Source: a virus
Taxonomy: Duplodnaviria > Caudoviricetes
Length of the DNA: 26,269 nucleotides
Strand: one strand, 5' to 3'
Virus record (IMG/VR): IMGVR_UViG_3300011335_000505
Location: 1-26,269 of that record
The notes beneath the pieces are model-generated. The model was not told the origin of the DNA. It made no database searches and worked only from the letters and a program-made list of their open reading frames with translations. Made by a program: the position numbers and the translations under genes. Positions 24,942 through 26,269 of this stretch are shown here, piece after piece. The number at the start of each line of letters is the position of its first letter. Positions within the stretch are counted from its first letter, which is position 1.

Positions 24942-25973
24942 ATGTTACCAATTTACGAATTAAAGATTTCTGAAAATATAGAAGATGACAGTGAAGTCAA
25001 TTTTGTTGCCTTAGTTGACAAACCGGCAATAGAAAAAAACTTTTTAGCTTTTCAATTTGTTGAGCCTACAAAAGGAGAAAGACAAACTGACTTTCTGCCT
25101 CGTTGTATATCCTATGTTATTAATGAGGGTAAAAGTAATGAGCAAGCAGTTGCTATTTGCAATTCAATGTGGAAACAACACTTTGCAAGTGAAAAAGTAT
25201 CTTTTGATTATGATGAAACACTTTCAACAAGTAAAGGTAAAGACTTAGCAAAACAAGCTATTGACAAAGGCGAAGATGTTTATATTATTTCAGCTAGAGA
25301 TAATAAAGAGAATATGTTATCAGTAGCTAATGAGTTAGGTATTGCATCAAGCAAAGTTTATGCAACTGGTAGCAATAAAGCTAAGGTTGAAAAGATTAAA
25401 GAGTTGGGAATTAGTAAGCATTACGATAATAATGTAGACGTAATTAAAGAATTAGGTAATGTAGGTGAGAAGTTTATGAAGCAAAATTTTGCAATAATCA
25501 ATGAGGATAAGCGTATTATTTCGGGTCCTTTAATGATTGCAGAAAAACCAATATACAGGAATGATGACAACGGAGAATATTATATAAAGTTTTCAGCCGA
25601 CACTATAAAGCAAATAGCTATCAAGTATGCAAAAAAAGGATTTCAGAATAACGTTAATCTAATGCACGATAGCGGAGCAGTTGTTACTGGGTTAACTTTA
25701 TTTGAAAGTTTTATTTGTGATACTGAAAGAGGTGTAATGCCAATGCAAGGTTTTGAAGATGTAAACAATGGAAGTTGGTTCGGTTCATTTTATGTTGAAA
25801 ATGATGAAGTTTGGAATGATGTTAAGGCAGGTAAATTTAAAGGATTTAGTGTTGAGGGGTTATTTAAGTACAAGCCAATACTAACAGAAATGACGGCAGA
25901 AATGGCAGCCGATGAAATTTTAACGCTTCTAAATCAAACAAACGAAGATTTTGATAGTTGTATTGTAGAATAA
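24942..25973 (+). CDS. Prohead serine protease (XkdF-like, peptidase S78_2) with inserted HAD-like domain
   Basis: ALVDKPAIE, RIISGPLMIAEKPIYR, NLMH, GSWF and KGFSVEG; insert carries FDYDETL, IISAR and HYDNN. Confidence 0.85.
   Translation: MLPIYELKISENIEDDSEVNFVALVDKPAIEKNFLAFQFVEPTKGERQTDFLPRCISYVINEGKSNEQAVAICNSMWKQHFASEKVSFDYDETLSTSKGKDLAKQAIDKGEDVYIISARDNKENMLSVANELGIASSKVYATGSNKAKVEKIKELGISKHYDNNVDVIKELGNVGEKFMKQNFAIINEDKRIISGPLMIAEKPIYRNDDNGEYYIKFSADTIKQIAIKYAKKGFQNNVNLMHDSGAVVTGLTLFESFICDTERGVMPMQGFEDVNNGSWFGSFYVENDEVWNDVKAGKFKGFSVEGLFKYKPILTEMTAEMAADEILTLLNQTNEDFDSCIVE
25932..25964 (+). promoter_or_regulatory. Candidate phage late promoter, copy 2
   Basis: AATCAAACA-N14-TAGTTGTATT in the 3' end of the protease gene, upstream of the scaffold gene. 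Confidence 0.6.
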
Positions 25974-25981
25974 ATTATTTT

Positions 25982-26269
25982 ATGAGTACAACATTAAAAG
26001 ACAAGTTAGAAAAAATCAAAGGAGCGTTTGATGTTTTAGCTGCAAAATTCAATGCAGCCGAGCCTACACCAACTCCTACACCTGAGCCTATCCCCGCAAA
26101 GATGGCAACAGATTACAAGACTTTAGACGGACAAACTGTTTTAAGCATTTCAGATTTAGTAGTTGGCGGAGATGTTATGATTGGCGAAACTGCTGCACCG
26201 GATGGAGAATATACTTTAGACAATAATACCATTGTTCAAGTTGCAGCCGGTAAGATTGTAGAATTAAGT
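25982..26269 (+). CDS. Putative capsid scaffolding protein, 5' part (truncated by window end)
   Basis: MSTTLKDKLEKIKGAFDVLAAKFNAAEPTPTPTPEPIPAKM...APDGEYTLDNNTIVQVAAGKIVELS, open to the window end; follows the prohead protease. Confidence 0.7.
   Translation, partial: MSTTLKDKLEKIKGAFDVLAAKFNAAEPTPTPTPEPIPAKMATDYKTLDGQTVLSISDLVVGGDVMIGETAAPDGEYTLDNNTIVQVAAGKIVELS

Larger units (their letters stand above)
1..26269. mobile_element. Tailed bacteriophage (Caudoviricetes, siphovirus-like) genome fragment, probable Bacteroidota host
   Basis: Terminase small and large subunits, tape measure, prohead protease, lysozyme and primase-helicase are present; no host housekeeping genes; repeated TAnnTTTG boxes before operons. 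Confidence 0.95.

Noticed and set aside
9813-25248. Short antisense or out-of-frame ORFs within replication, terminase and structural genes (e.g. 9813..10082, 12009..12278, 17173..17577, 20803..20988, 24253..24447, 25057..25248)
   Set aside because: Largely or fully overlap genes with strong motifs and show no independent coding signal.
26058-26095. Pro-Thr repeat (EPTPTPTPEP) in the scaffold gene
   Set aside because: Ordinary low-complexity linker with varied codons, not a DNA-level repeat element.
1-26269. Stop-codon reassignment, introns or inteins, integrase, prophage boundaries
   Set aside because: Long genes are intact in code 11 with dense packing. terL, helicases and primase show no intein-sized inserts, and no recombinase or host genes are present in the window.

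Overview
An AT-rich fragment of a tailed dsDNA phage genome, probably a siphovirus infecting Bacteroidota (Flavobacteriia or Chitinophagia-like). The host call rests on TAnnTTTG promoter boxes, A-rich starts without Shine-Dalgarno sites and a DUF3127-type SSB. Order in the window: end of the late operon with the lysis cassette (holin-like genes, u-spanin-like lipoprotein, metallophosphoesterase, GH24 endolysin; 1-2829, +); a leftward early region of small genes with SSB and a Sak4-like ATPase (2815-8845, -); a divergent control region; replication genes (SNF2 helicase-DNA methyltransferase fusion, RadD-like helicase, PrimPol-SF3 helicase, iteron origin, VRR-NUC); an ECF-like sigma factor; terminase; tail genes and tape measure; prohead protease; and the start of a scaffold gene. 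No portal, major capsid, integrase, tRNA or CRISPR array is recognisable. The most striking non-coding signal is an integron-like gene cassette at 3173-3655: an attC-like hairpin, a matching core at the other end of a single ORF and an attI-like half-site, with no integrase in the window. Other candidates: LacI/PurR-like operators at identical spacing from two early promoters, a bipartite late-promoter motif, an antisense sRNA complementary to a translation start, a pseudoknotted leader before the helicase-primase operon, a HAD-like domain inserted in the prohead protease, and a poly-Ala gene frameshifted by an exact 43-bp duplication. All calls come from reading motifs by eye; no database search was run.
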